NCBI GenBank assembly: GCA_017649845.1
Contig: JAGCFY010000011.1
Coordinates: 1 to 32,787, forward strand
DNA from: Paludibacteraceae bacterium
Lineage (GTDB): Bacteria > Bacteroidota > Bacteroidia > Bacteroidales > Paludibacteraceae
DNA length: 32,787 bases
Direction: 5' to 3'
Positions 1 through 9,180 of the stretch are shown here, piece after piece. A program made the translations under genes and the position numbers. The notes under the pieces are model-generated. The model was not told the origin of the DNA. It saw only the letters and a program-made list of their open reading frames with translations, and did no database searches. Every line of letters begins with the position of its first letter. Positions within the stretch are counted from its first letter, which is position 1.

Positions 1-55
1 GTGGTCTTCGCTTTAAATTACTAATTGGCACAATATTTGTCAGTAGCCTTATAAC

Positions 56-640
56 ATGATGAAACGACTACTGCACATAGTACTTGTTTTGGCAGTGGGC
101 ATGAATATGTTCGCTGCCGAACAATATTTGGACTCTTGCATGATTCGCGTGCAGGACGGAGACACTATGTATCTGGCATGGTTGCACGAGGTATGGGTAT
201 ATCCGCCCATGAAATTCAAAAACAAAAAGCAGGAGAAATTCTATTGGCGCACCGTGCGGGATGTAAAAAAAACACTTCCTTATGCCAAGATGATCACAAA
301 AGATATGGCTTATGCAGATGCAGAACTGGCCAAACTGCCGGATAATAAGAGCCGTAAGAAATGGTGGCATAAATTCGAGCGACAACTCTTTAAGAAATAC
401 GAGAAAGATTTCCGCGGTATGTATGCCAGTCAAGGTATGATGCTTATGAAACTGATGGACCGCGAAACAGACCGCACAAGTTATGAGCTGATCAAGCAAT
501 ACAAAGGCAAAGCCTCAGCCAATTTCTGGCAGTTTGTAGCCAAACTATTCAAAAACGATCTGAAAGAAGAGTACGACGCTACGGATAAAGACCGTATTAC
601 CGAACGAGTGATTAACCTCGTGGAAGCAGGGCAATTATAA
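56..640 (+). CDS. Secreted conserved hypothetical protein, DUF4294-like
   Basis: 194-aa ORF with an N-terminal signal peptide (MMKRLLHIVLVLAVGMNMFAAE). The basic, Lys-rich body resembles the Bacteroidetes DUF4294 family from memory. A hairpin terminator follows. Confidence 0.6.
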   Translation: MMKRLLHIVLVLAVGMNMFAAEQYLDSCMIRVQDGDTMYLAWLHEVWVYPPMKFKNKKQEKFYWRTVRDVKKTLPYAKMITKDMAYADAELAKLPDNKSRKKWWHKFERQLFKKYEKDFRGMYASQGMMLMKLMDRETDRTSYELIKQYKGKASANFWQFVAKLFKNDLKEEYDATDKDRITERVINLVEAGQL

Positions 641-655
641 CCCTGCTTTCTTTAT
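625..655 (+). terminator. Rho-independent terminator between convergent genes
   Basis: 7-bp stem AGCAGGG/CCCTGCT with a 9-nt loop that contains the TAA stop, followed by a T-rich tail (TTCTTTAT). It lies between the 3' ends of the 56..640 (+) and 657..2942 (-) genes. Confidence 0.5.
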
Positions 656-656
656 A

Positions 657-2942
657 TTACAACTTCAATGTCAAGCCGGCAAAGTAGGTACGAGGCTGAG
701 ATGGACCGTAGATATAACTGGCGTCACGGTTCTCTCCTTTATCAATATCCTTTTGGAACTGATCCAGAATATTCTTCACTCCGCAATGTATCTCAAGACA
801 GTAGTGCTTGTAGAGATGTACATCGTACGCCAGGCGAATGCCTAAATCCCAAAATGCGGGAGTAAGCGTTTCTTCGTCTTGGGCTATATATCCGGCTAAG
901 TGCGGCACTAACATCGAACCGGTTGCTTTACCATTGATAGAAATAGTAAAATCTTTTACAGGCTCCATGTCAAAGAGCAGATAAGCATAGTTGTCCGGGG
1001 TATGAAGCATGCGGGTCTGAGGCGCTACATCTTCACTCCACTGCTGCGCTACCGTGTATCGGCTCTGCTGGTAAGTATAACCGGCAGAAAGACTGAAATT
1101 GAAGGTCGGTATCCTGAATGAGAGTTTCCCCTCCAGATTCAAACCTCCAACCCATGCACCCGGAGCATTGGTACGGGTGAATAATACATTCCCCGCTACG
1201 TCTTTCCCCTCCTCACGGAGAAAAAACACATCCTGGAGATAGGTATAGAAACCTTCTGCTGTGAGATTCAATTCCCACTTGCCGAACTGACGATACCAAT
1301 CGGCACTCAGTGTAGCACTGTGTGAATATTCCGGTTTGAGATTCGGGTCCAGACTGATGAGCGACACACTTCCGCCTACTGCCGCAACATGCAAATCCTC
1401 GTCATAGGCCTGGGGAGCACGGTATCCGCTGCTGTAACCGGCACGGAAAACAAGACCTTCAATAGGAGTATAACGGAATGTGGCACGAGGGGTTACCACT
1501 ACATTCCTGAGTAAATTGTGTTTCTCCAGACGGGCTCCGATTAGCACAGACCATTGCTCATTCTTCCATTCGTTCTGGGCATATGCACCTACGATGTGCA
1601 CATTCTGCTTCATATCGCGGTTATAGCCCAACATTCGATCGTGCAGACCATTGAAATTATACTCCGCACCAACCGTTAGATCACCTTTCATAATACCGCA
1701 TGGATAAGAGAAACGGTACTGAAGACCGGTATTGGAGGTGAGATCAGTACTACGGCCATACGCAGCTGTATCGCGAGCCGTACCGAAATAACTTTGACGT
1801 CCGATATGCTGAATAGCGGAATAAGCAGAAACGAAATGACGATTATCGGACGAGAACCAATCAAAAGCCAAAGAACCGGCATCAATATTATGACGAAGTT
1901 GCTCCGCTATATCAGCATTGTGCGGTTCTTGGTCCAGATTGTTTCCTCCTCTGCGATAGTCCGTTGTATGATGATATTCCGCCGTTATTTTACCATAAGC
2001 ACTGGTCTTAAAGAATACACGCGCACCGGCTGTAGTGGACCGCAACTGAGGGGCCTCACTAAAACCATCGTTATCACGATCATAGGCACTGCGTGTGCGG
2101 TGAGATGCAAAAAGATATGCTCCTATTTTGCGGTTCTCACTCATCACTGAGGCATTCAGATCCGTGTGAATATCATATCCTACATGCTCGTTAAGCATGC
2201 TGGTATTGGAGATGTTGACGAAGTTGCGTACTGGCTCTTTGGTGATAATATTCACTACTCCGGCGATAGCGTTGGCTCCATACATGGCGGACCCTCCACC
2301 ACGTACCACCTCGATTCGGTCGATCATAGCCGCAGGCACTTGTTCCAGACCATATACTGAAGCCATAGAAGAGAAGACAGGACGGCTATCCATCAGAATT
2401 TGGGTATACTGGCCTTGCAGGCCATTGATGCGCAGTTCTGTTTTGCCGCAGTTCGAGCATGTGTTCTCCACACATAAACCGGGTTGGAAATTCAGCACAT
2501 CGGCTACACAGGCAACCGCCGCTGTTTCAAACAACTGAGGGGAAAGCACATTGACGATTGTCGCTGTCTCTTGACGCTTCGTGGCATATCGGTTGGCGGT
2601 AACCACTACGGAGTTTAACTGCTGCGATACCTCATGTAATATCGCTTTGAGCTCTACTGATTTGCCTTCTTCCAATACAACAGGCAACTCTTCTGTCTCA
2701 TATCCCACGTAACTGAAAACAACTGTCTGCCTGCCGACAGGTAGATCTTTGAGGAAATAGTGACCGGACTCATCGGTTACTGTGCCATGGCTCGTTCCTT
2801 TGATTTGTACGTTCACAAAAGGCAAGTGTTCGCCTGTCGTAGCATCCAAGACATGCCCCACCAAATTCGCATCATATTGCGCCCAAACGGACACTATGGA
2901 TGCCATTAATACAAAAACTAATACCTTATATCTTTTATTCAT
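657..2942 (-). CDS. TonB-dependent outer-membrane receptor (CarboxypepD_reg domain, plug and beta-barrel)
   Basis: 761 aa with a signal peptide ending VWAQ. It has an N-terminal carboxypeptidase-regulatory-like domain ([22 protein letters not shown]...GHYFL), the plug motif [28 protein letters not shown], and a long Tyr/Gly-rich barrel. No SusD-like partner is adjacent. Confidence 0.9.
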   Translation of the reverse strand: MNKRYKVLVFVLMASIVSVWAQYDANLVGHVLDATTGEHLPFVNVQIKGTSHGTVTDESGHYFLKDLPVGRQTVVFSYVGYETEELPVVLEEGKSVELKAILHEVSQQLNSVVVTANRYATKRQETATIVNVLSPQLFETAAVACVADVLNFQPGLCVENTCSNCGKTELRINGLQGQYTQILMDSRPVFSSMASVYGLEQVPAAMIDRIEVVRGGGSAMYGANAIAGVVNIITKEPVRNFVNISNTSMLNEHVGYDIHTDLNASVMSENRKIGAYLFASHRTRSAYDRDNDGFSEAPQLRSTTAGARVFFKTSAYGKITAEYHHTTDYRRGGNNLDQEPHNADIAEQLRHNIDAGSLAFDWFSSDNRHFVSAYSAIQHIGRQSYFGTARDTAAYGRSTDLTSNTGLQYRFSYPCGIMKGDLTVGAEYNFNGLHDRMLGYNRDMKQNVHIVGAYAQNEWKNEQWSVLIGARLEKHNLLRNVVVTPRATFRYTPIEGLVFRAGYSSGYRAPQAYDEDLHVAAVGGSVSLISLDPNLKPEYSHSATLSADWYRQFGKWELNLTAEGFYTYLQDVFFLREEGKDVAGNVLFTRTNAPGAWVGGLNLEGKLSFRIPTFNFSLSAGYTYQQSRYTVAQQWSEDVAPQTRMLHTPDNYAYLLFDMEPVKDFTISINGKATGSMLVPHLAGYIAQDEETLTPAFWDLGIRLAYDVHLYKHYCLEIHCGVKNILDQFQKDIDKGENRDASYIYGPSQPRTYFAGLTLKL

Positions 2943-3694
2943 TGCTTATCTGCATTACTCTGTACGTAATTGCGACCATAAGAACGATAGGAGTCTTTCT
3001 CTATTTCTATAGTCGGTTCATTCCATTGCGAGAGAGAGGAGAGATGCCACGCAATGTATTTAATGCTTAATCCGCGATCCAACCACTGCTTCTCATAATG
3101 GGTTTGCAGTGCCCGTGCATCCGCAAATTGTTCGTTGAAATCGAGAGAATCTGCATATAGATCATCCGTACAACACAAAACCGGATAGGGATTCAACCGC
3201 AGCATCTCGACCGTATACGTGTATAAAAACGAGCTGTCTGTCTTAAGATGAATGAGACCATCCGGTTTCACTATTTGCTGGTAGCGCTGCATAAAATAGG
3301 TAGAAGTGAGACGCTTGGTGGCCTTCTTCATCTGCGGGTCGCAGAATGTTATCCAAATCTCATCCACTTCATCAGCAGCAAAGAAAGAGGTAATGAACTC
3401 TATGTTGGTTCGCAAAAATGCCACGTTTTTCAATCCGGATAATTCCGCCTCTTTCGCTCCTGCCCACATGCGTGCACCTTTGATATCCACTCCTATAAAA
3501 TTCTTCTCGGGATAACGACGAGCCATGCCTACGGTATATTCCCCGCGACCGCAACCGAGTTCTAACACTATCGGATTATTGTTATGGAAATAGCGCGCTC
3601 TCCATTGACCCGCCAGCTCTGGATCATAGGGAGGCTGGAAGACATTCGTAAATGTCTCCATCTCAGCAAATTTTTTCAGTTTATTTTTCCCCAT
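2939..3694 (-). CDS. trmB: tRNA (guanine46-N7)-methyltransferase
   Basis: 251 aa with the SAM-binding motif [15 protein letters not shown] and the TrmB-like stretch [11 protein letters not shown]. The stop overlaps the downstream receptor start by 4 nt. Confidence 0.9.
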   Translation of the reverse strand: MGKNKLKKFAEMETFTNVFQPPYDPELAGQWRARYFHNNNPIVLELGCGRGEYTVGMARRYPEKNFIGVDIKGARMWAGAKEAELSGLKNVAFLRTNIEFITSFFAADEVDEIWITFCDPQMKKATKRLTSTYFMQRYQQIVKPDGLIHLKTDSSFLYTYTVEMLRLNPYPVLCCTDDLYADSLDFNEQFADARALQTHYEKQWLDRGLSIKYIAWHLSSLSQWNEPTIEIEKDSYRSYGRNYVQSNADKQ

Positions 3695-4160
3695 TGCGAA
3701 TAATCTCCATTCCTACATCACTCACCCCGCGAAGCAGACTATCACGCATGCCATGCTGAATCTCCATATAATATGTGCCGGTATCGGAAAAATGATAATT
3801 TTCCTCGATGAGAACGGGCATTTCTATGAATCCATGATGCTTGTCACCTAACCATTTCCCCCTGTCGTCTGCCAGATAAAACTCGATAGTATCACTTTGC
3901 ATCCCGTTATTCAAAAACAACCACATATTCTGATACGGATATCGCTCTGTATGACGTACATAGACCACCACCCGGTAAGAACACTCTTTGTCCGATATGG
4001 TATAGTCTAAATGAACAACACTGTCAGTATGCCATTTCTCCGATGCTATCGGCGTAAAATGACTGTAAACGATATCGTGCCGGCAGGATGTCAGAAAACA
4101 GATGCACCCAATAACCAAACAAATGGTAAACCGTAAATTGTAAATCATAAATGACTTCAT
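3681..4160 (-). CDS. gldH: GldH-family lipoprotein (gliding motility/T9SS-associated family)
   Basis: 159 aa with the lipobox [25 protein letters not shown] and [20 protein letters not shown] match my recollection of conserved GldH blocks. The usual Bacteroidetes synteny places it after the PSP1 gene. Confidence 0.7.
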   Translation of the reverse strand: MKSFMIYNLRFTICLVIGCICFLTSCRHDIVYSHFTPIASEKWHTDSVVHLDYTISDKECSYRVVVYVRHTERYPYQNMWLFLNNGMQSDTIEFYLADDRGKWLGDKHHGFIEMPVLIEENYHFSDTGTYYMEIQHGMRDSLLRGVSDVGMEIIRNGEK

Positions 4161-5239
4161 CGTCTGTGATTCTTTTTCTTTTTTCTGTCAAAGCGCGTCA
4201 ATTCTCCATGCCCTGTCTGATACCCGATTTCCGCTTCCTCCATACGGTTGCCTTCCAGAGATACCGGCTTCTCTCCGCGCTTGTTCATCGCTATTACCTC
4301 ATGGGCACGTGCAGCTGGGATGATCACCAAGTTCGCCGGAATATGCTGGTCTGTAGAATACGTGAGCGTTCCTGCCAACGGATCGGTGGAAAAGACGTAA
4401 TATGTAGCATCCTTCGTTTCCAACGGAATATTTCGGGAAGGGAACGCCTTCGAGGCATCTTCATATACCGGCACTTCGTAGTTAAGACAACATTTCAACT
4501 TTGCACACATTCCTGCCAGTTTCTGAGGGTTAGGAGATATGTTTTGCAAACGAGCCGCACCGGTTCCGACGGATGAGAAATTGATCATCCAGGTAGAGCA
4601 GCATAACTCCCGCCCGCATGGTCCGGTACCTCCGATACGCCCCGCTTCCTGACGAGCTCCGATTTGTTTCATTTCCACCCTTATACGGAATGTCTCTGCA
4701 TACACTTTGATCAGTTGACGGAAATCAACACGACCGTCCGCAATATAGAAGAAAATGGCTTTGGAACCGTCTCCCTGATACTCCACATCTCCGATTTTCA
4801 TCTCCAAACCCAGCGATTTGGCAAGTTCGCGGGCCTTGATCATTGTTTCATGTTCGCGTGCATGAGCCTGTTTGGCATGCTCCAGATCTTCTTCGGTAGC
4901 TATGCGCAATACTTGACGTATCTCGTAGCGGGAAGCATCTATCTTGTTTTTCTTGATCTGCAGTTCAACGAGTTTTCCCGTTAGTACCACTTCACCCAAG
5001 TCGTATCCGGGGTTCGCCTCCACTACCACTTTGACTCCTTTTTCCAACGGCAGATGAGCGCTATTGTGGAAATAACCCTTTCGGGTATTCTTGAACTGCA
5101 CCTCTATTAGATCCGTCAATTGGGTATTTTCGGGCAAATCGCTCAGCCAGTCGCAAACCGGCAGCATATGTGCCGAATTGCGTTTGGTTGCCGAGGCTCC
5201 CAGTTCCTGAGGTATATTACCTGTTGTATTTTTTTTCAT
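4157..5239 (-). CDS. PSP1 domain protein (RicT-like)
   Basis: 360 aa with the Cys-rich PSP1 C-terminal signature GPCGRELCCSTWM...KLKCCLNYE. It has 4-nt overlaps with both neighbouring genes. Confidence 0.85.
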   Translation of the reverse strand: MKKNTTGNIPQELGASATKRNSAHMLPVCDWLSDLPENTQLTDLIEVQFKNTRKGYFHNSAHLPLEKGVKVVVEANPGYDLGEVVLTGKLVELQIKKNKIDASRYEIRQVLRIATEEDLEHAKQAHAREHETMIKARELAKSLGLEMKIGDVEYQGDGSKAIFFYIADGRVDFRQLIKVYAETFRIRVEMKQIGARQEAGRIGGTGPCGRELCCSTWMINFSSVGTGAARLQNISPNPQKLAGMCAKLKCCLNYEVPVYEDASKAFPSRNIPLETKDATYYVFSTDPLAGTLTYSTDQHIPANLVIIPAARAHEVIAMNKRGEKPVSLEGNRMEEAEIGYQTGHGELTRFDRKKKKNHRR

Positions 5240-6393
5240 TTCTTCGGTTTTTTTATCAATACTATCATTTGCAAACAGAGATCAAAGAAAATCATCTTCG
5301 CGTTTCCGTTTTGCTCTATCTGTCGTTCCGCTAAATCAAGCTGATTCATGATGGCTTCTACATTCCCGCTGTGTATAAACGGAGAAAACCGGACGGAAAA
5401 ATCACGTTCGTCTTCCATTTGATAATTCAATTCCGGCTGACCCGCATTGCGTATAAAATTCTCTCGCACTTGCTGCTGCGCATATTGCAGGAAATGCTTT
5501 TGGCGCTCACGCCCTACTTTGGGATCCGCCATCTCGATCGACCATTGACGCAAACGTTTGAGAGACTCAAATTTCTTTTGCGGATCCGTGAGGACTCCGA
5601 CAGTATATGCGTCCCTGAAAAGTGCGATGAAATCGCGCAATTCTTGTTGGTTTGACTCCGATTCTTCGGCCTTTTTAAGTGCTGCCAGATAACTGCCGTT
5701 AGCTATCCTGGCTATATCGGTTGCATGGGCACTGTCAATGCCCTTTTGACGTAAAGCCTCAGCTATCGTTGATGCCTCCAATCGTGGTATCCGGATTGTC
5801 TGCACACGGGATTGGATGGTGGTTAATAACTGCTCCGGATGTTCGGATACGAGAAGAAAGACCGTTTTTTCCGACGGCTCTTCCAATATCTTCAGCAGTT
5901 TATTGGCTGTAGGAGCATTCATTTTCTCCGGCTGCCAGATAATCATTACCTTATAGCCATCACCGTAAGCCTTGAGACTCAACTTGTGCAATATCTCGCC
6001 GCTCTCCTTCTCGTAGATCATGGATTGCTTCGTCTCAACCCCTAAAGCTTCATGCCAGTCGCTGAGATCAAAATAATGCTTTTCCAGAATGATCTGACGC
6101 CATGGTTCGAGGAAATTATTGCATATCTCATCCGAGCCGACTATCGGAAAAACAAAATGCAAATCCGGATGCTGCAAATGCTGAAATTGCAGACAAGTCG
6201 GACAAACCCCGCAACTGTCCTCTTCTGTCCGATGAGGACAATTCAAATATTGAGCATATGCAAGCGCTAACTGCAACTTACCGATACCGCTGATACCGGT
6301 AAAAAGCTGCGCGTGCGGAATCCTTCCTTCACGCACAGACTGACGAAGCAAAACCTTCGTCTCTTCTTGCCCTATGATCTCTTTGAATAGCAT
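5236..6393 (-). CDS. holB: DNA polymerase III subunit delta-prime
   Basis: 385 aa with the clamp-loader AAA+ N-terminus GRIPHAQLFTGISGIGK and the zinc module CPHRTEEDSCGVCPTC. Confidence 0.85.
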   Translation of the reverse strand: MLFKEIIGQEETKVLLRQSVREGRIPHAQLFTGISGIGKLQLALAYAQYLNCPHRTEEDSCGVCPTCLQFQHLQHPDLHFVFPIVGSDEICNNFLEPWRQIILEKHYFDLSDWHEALGVETKQSMIYEKESGEILHKLSLKAYGDGYKVMIIWQPEKMNAPTANKLLKILEEPSEKTVFLLVSEHPEQLLTTIQSRVQTIRIPRLEASTIAEALRQKGIDSAHATDIARIANGSYLAALKKAEESESNQQELRDFIALFRDAYTVGVLTDPQKKFESLKRLRQWSIEMADPKVGRERQKHFLQYAQQQVRENFIRNAGQPELNYQMEDERDFSVRFSPFIHSGNVEAIMNQLDLAERQIEQNGNAKMIFFDLCLQMIVLIKKPKK

Positions 6394-6430
6394 AAAAAGC
6401 TCAACCCCTCACTGAAAGAAAGGAAGAATT

Positions 6431-6862
6431 CTAATGGACAAGTTCCTTTTTCAGCGCCTCTACCAGTCCGGCATACTCTTCATCAGACAGATACACTTTA
6501 CCGGGATTCATCTGGAAGGTTCCGCCGTAATCTGGACCGTCCACATATTTGGGAGCTAAGTGAAAATGAAGATGACTCAATTTATCGGAATACGCTCCGT
6601 AATTGATTTTCTCCGGATGGAATAATTTCTGCATCGCACGTGTCACATCTGCCACATCGGCCATAAATAGGTTGCGTTGCTCGTCACTCAATTCATTCAA
6701 GTCGTTCACATGCCCGTCATATGCTACCAAACAACGGCCATGGTATGTTTGTTCCTTAAATAGAAACGCGCGCGATACGCGCAAGTGCGCGATTTCAATC
6801 ATTAAATTGTGAAGTGTCTCATTGTTCTGGCAATACAAACACTCTTTCGGATCAGAATACAT
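6431..6862 (-). CDS. HIT (histidine triad) family protein
   Basis: 143 aa containing the histidine triad HLHFHLAPK. Confidence 0.85.
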   Translation of the reverse strand: MYSDPKECLYCQNNETLHNLMIEIAHLRVSRAFLFKEQTYHGRCLVAYDGHVNDLNELSDEQRNLFMADVADVTRAMQKLFHPEKINYGAYSDKLSHLHFHLAPKYVDGPDYGGTFQMNPGKVYLSDEEYAGLVEALKKELVH

Positions 6863-6867
6863 AACTA

Positions 6868-6893
6868 TATTTCGTAATTTTTTATTTCGTAAT
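6868..6893. repeat. Two copies of an 11-bp direct repeat, TATTTCGTAAT, 15 bp apart
   Basis: Read directly in the 43-bp plsC-HIT spacer, immediately upstream of the HIT start codon (minus strand). Confidence 0.6.
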
Positions 6894-6905
6894 AGCAGGC
6901 TTTTC

Positions 6906-7646
6906 TTACTTACCCATCCCGTCTATAACAGCATTTCGAACTGCCTCTATAGCCGCATTGGCATCGGGATTGCCCTCTGCATCTTTGAATTGCTTCAAAT
7001 CAATCGGTTCACCGATATACATCTTACACGGAACACGGTGAACGAACGGCTTACCCTTTGGCAACACATCGAAACAGCCGTCCAGAGAAAGCGGTATTAC
7101 CGGCAAACTAAGATCCATCGCTATCTGGAATGCTCCGCGCTTGAACCGGCCTACTTCGCCGTTAAGGGTGCGAGTTCCTTCGGGAAATATTACCGTGCAA
7201 ACACCGCCTACCAGCTGATTCTCCACTTCTCTCAGACTCTCCAGAGCGGCCTTGGCATTCCTGCGGTCAATAAAAATATGTCCTGCTGCCTTGCAACCCG
7301 TTCCTACAAACGGAACCTTGCGCAACTCCGCTTTCATCAACCATTTGAAAATCACAGGCAGCCAGCCATAGATAAGCCATACGTCAAACATAGACTGATG
7401 GTTCGAGACAAACACGTAACTCTGACCCTTCTTGATATGTTCCTGACCCTTCACACTCACGGGCAAAAACATCAACCAGAAAAAAGAACGCGACCAGAAC
7501 TGTTGTACTTTGTGCACAAACTCGGCATTCCGCCAATGTACCGTACATATCGTGAACACAGCCGTGAATACCGTCAATCCGCATAATATCGGCCATGCTA
7601 TCAAGTACTGATACAGGATGTAAAATGGTGTTAAAATATATTTCAT
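6906..7646 (-). CDS. plsC: 1-acyl-sn-glycerol-3-phosphate acyltransferase
   Basis: 246 aa with an N-terminal TM segment, the acyltransferase HX4D motif (NHQSMFD) and the FPEGTRT motif. Confidence 0.85.
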   Translation of the reverse strand: MKYILTPFYILYQYLIAWPILCGLTVFTAVFTICTVHWRNAEFVHKVQQFWSRSFFWLMFLPVSVKGQEHIKKGQSYVFVSNHQSMFDVWLIYGWLPVIFKWLMKAELRKVPFVGTGCKAAGHIFIDRRNAKAALESLREVENQLVGGVCTVIFPEGTRTLNGEVGRFKRGAFQIAMDLSLPVIPLSLDGCFDVLPKGKPFVHRVPCKMYIGEPIDLKQFKDAEGNPDANAAIEAVRNAVIDGMGK

Positions 7647-7650
7647 AATT

Positions 7651-8655
7651 TTAATCTTTATCGTATTTCTGCATAAATCCGCGATAGAGCGCGCAAATAC
7701 GCCGGATCTCTTCCCATTGTTCGTCCGGCAACTTCGTCCCTACCACCTCTACTACGCGTCCTGCAGCGATAGTACCTATCTCGGCGCAACGGCGTATGTC
7801 AAATCCATCTGCTAAAGCATGCAAAAATCCTCCCGCAAAATAGTCACCCGCTCCGGTAGAATCCGTACAACTGGTTGTGATGGCACCTATATGGTGGCGC
7901 TTGCTTCCTTGCTGCACATACGATCCGTTCTTGCCTACTTTCACTACCGCAATATCACATTGCTCCGCTATCATCTGAACCGACTCCTCCGGATTAAGAT
8001 GAGTATAAGCAAACGACTCGTCTTCGTTGGCAAAGACAATATCTACGTATTGTTTTACCAAATCCTTAAGGAAAGCGTGGTTCTCGTTAATTACATTGTA
8101 GGATGCCAAATCAAGCGATACCATACATCCGGACTCTTTCGCCAAACGAATCGATTTTTCAAGCAACTCATGGTTCTGTACCAGATAGCCCTCGATGTGG
8201 AAAATATCAAATCCGTTAAAGGCATCCTTGGATATATCGTCCGCACAAAGTTCTGCTGCGGCCCCAAGATAGGTGGCAAACGTACGCTCGCCGTCAGGAG
8301 TCACTAATACGATCGAGAAGCCGGACATTGCATCCTGCGATAGCAGCAATATAGGCTTCACTCCGTTCTTAATCATGTCCTCGCGGTAAAAATCACCTAC
8401 TTCATCGTTCCCGATTTTTCCGATGAAGGCCGCCTTTCCGCCAAGAGAAGCAACACAGTTGATCGTATTCGACGCCGATCCGCCGGCTACCATTCGCTTG
8501 CGAACCGATAGAAAACGGTACTGAATCTGCTCCGCCTGCTCGCGAGATATAAGATTCATACTGCCTTTAGGAAAACCCAACTCCCGTAAATCATCCTCGC
8601 TGACCTGCAAAAGGATGTCAGTCAGAGCGTTACCTAAACCTAAAATCTTTTTCAT
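7651..8655 (-). CDS. PfkB-family carbohydrate/adenosine kinase
   Basis: 334 aa with the ribokinase-family motifs GGSASN (N-terminal) and DSTGAGDYFAGGFL (C-terminal). Confidence 0.8.
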   Translation of the reverse strand: MKKILGLGNALTDILLQVSEDDLRELGFPKGSMNLISREQAEQIQYRFLSVRKRMVAGGSASNTINCVASLGGKAAFIGKIGNDEVGDFYREDMIKNGVKPILLLSQDAMSGFSIVLVTPDGERTFATYLGAAAELCADDISKDAFNGFDIFHIEGYLVQNHELLEKSIRLAKESGCMVSLDLASYNVINENHAFLKDLVKQYVDIVFANEDESFAYTHLNPEESVQMIAEQCDIAVVKVGKNGSYVQQGSKRHHIGAITTSCTDSTGAGDYFAGGFLHALADGFDIRRCAEIGTIAAGRVVEVVGTKLPDEQWEEIRRICALYRGFMQKYDKD

Positions 8656-8732
8656 TTTTATCTCTTTTTTGACCTATTTTAGGGTTGTTTAGCAAAAAAA
8701 CAAGGTGTTGATATAATTTTTTTGCAAAAAAA

Positions 8733-8764
8733 CTTGCGTATGTAAAAAAAAAGCAGTACTTTTG
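8733..8764 (+). promoter_or_regulatory. Bacteroides-type promoter for tRNA-Asn
   Basis: CTTGCGTAT, then an A-run, GCAG and TACTTTTG (-7 consensus TAnnTTTG). The TTG-to-TA spacing is 23 nt, the same as in four other modules in this window. Confidence 0.55.
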
Positions 8765-8796
8765 CACCCGCTTTCGAAAAACGAGAGTTCATACAC

Positions 8797-8870
8797 GCTT
8801 CCTTAGCTCAGTCGGTTAGAGCATCTGACTGTTAATCAGGGGGTCCTAGGTTCAAGTCCTAGAGGGAGCG
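8797..8870 (+). tRNA. tRNA-Asn (anticodon GTT)
   Basis: Hand-folded cloverleaf. The acceptor stem is GCTTCCT/AGGGAGC with one G-U pair. The D arm is GCTCAGTCGGTTAGAGC. The anticodon loop is CTGTTAA (GTT). The T arm is CTAGG-TTCAAGT-CCTAG. CCA is not encoded. Confidence 0.9.
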
Positions 8871-8881
8871 CAAATGATTAG

Positions 8882-8909
8882 GCATCTACAATCTGTAGAT
8901 GCTTTTTTT
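8882..8909 (+). terminator. Rho-independent terminator of tRNA-Asn
   Basis: Perfect 9-bp stem GCATCTACA/TGTAGATGC with a 3-nt loop, followed by a T7 run. Confidence 0.75.
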
Positions 8910-8995
8910 GTTGCTTCTTTCATACTTTTCAAATAACACCAAGACATGTTTTTCTAACAAAAAACATAATCCGGCTGCAAAATTACAAAAAAAAA

Positions 8996-9028
8996 TGCAT
9001 ATGTGCAAGTTTTTATGCGATAAATTTT
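8996..9028 (+). promoter_or_regulatory. Weak promoter-like module with no annotated gene downstream
   Basis: TGCATATGTGC...TAAATTTT resembles the local promoter architecture. However, the -7 box lacks the final G and the spacing is not the 23 nt seen in the other five modules. Confidence 0.25.
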
Positions 9029-9033
9029 AGCGA

Positions 9034-9051
9034 AATAGAATTTATTCTATT
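9034..9051. repeat. Perfect palindrome AATAGAAT-TT-ATTCTATT
   Basis: Read directly. The 8-bp arms are exact reverse complements. Confidence 0.7.
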
Positions 9052-9089
9052 GAAGCTCCGGCTGAGTACGATATGTCGGTATTCAACAG

Positions 9090-9164
9090 CATACCTTTCT
9101 TCCCTTTCTTCCCTTCCCTCACCCATTCCATTCCCTTCCTTTTCCTCCCCACTTATCATTCATT
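9090..9164. repeat. G-free polypyrimidine (CT-rich) low-complexity tract; the minus strand is purine-rich with a G4 motif
   Basis: By my count there is no G on the + strand for about 75 nt. Degenerate 9-mers are present (CCTTTCTTC twice, then CCTTCCCTC). The minus strand at 9102-9124 reads GGGTGAGGGAAGGGAAGAAAGGG, which fits (G3N1-7)3G3. Confidence 0.75.
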
Positions 9165-9180
9165 GCCCCTGCAGCTCTCT

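Noticed and set aside
2939-2960. A cobalamin or other riboswitch, or an ECF/anti-sigma control region, upstream of the TonB-dependent receptor.
   Set aside because: The receptor start overlaps the trmB stop by 4 nt, so there is no leader to hold a riboswitch. No sigma or anti-sigma genes are adjacent.
6822-7586. A long 254-aa ORF antisense to plsC. Similar long antisense ORFs occur at 11863-12498 (mreB), 15188-15703 and 14030-14575 (mrdA), 12452-12934 (mreC), 9448-9927 (glycosyltransferase), 4151-4576 (PSP1 gene) and 16470-16958 (rodA).
   Set aside because: Each lies entirely opposite a gene with clear family motifs. Their translations are low-complexity and Arg/Ser/Cys/His-rich, with no recognisable motifs, signal peptides or promoters of their own. 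They are typical shadow ORFs.
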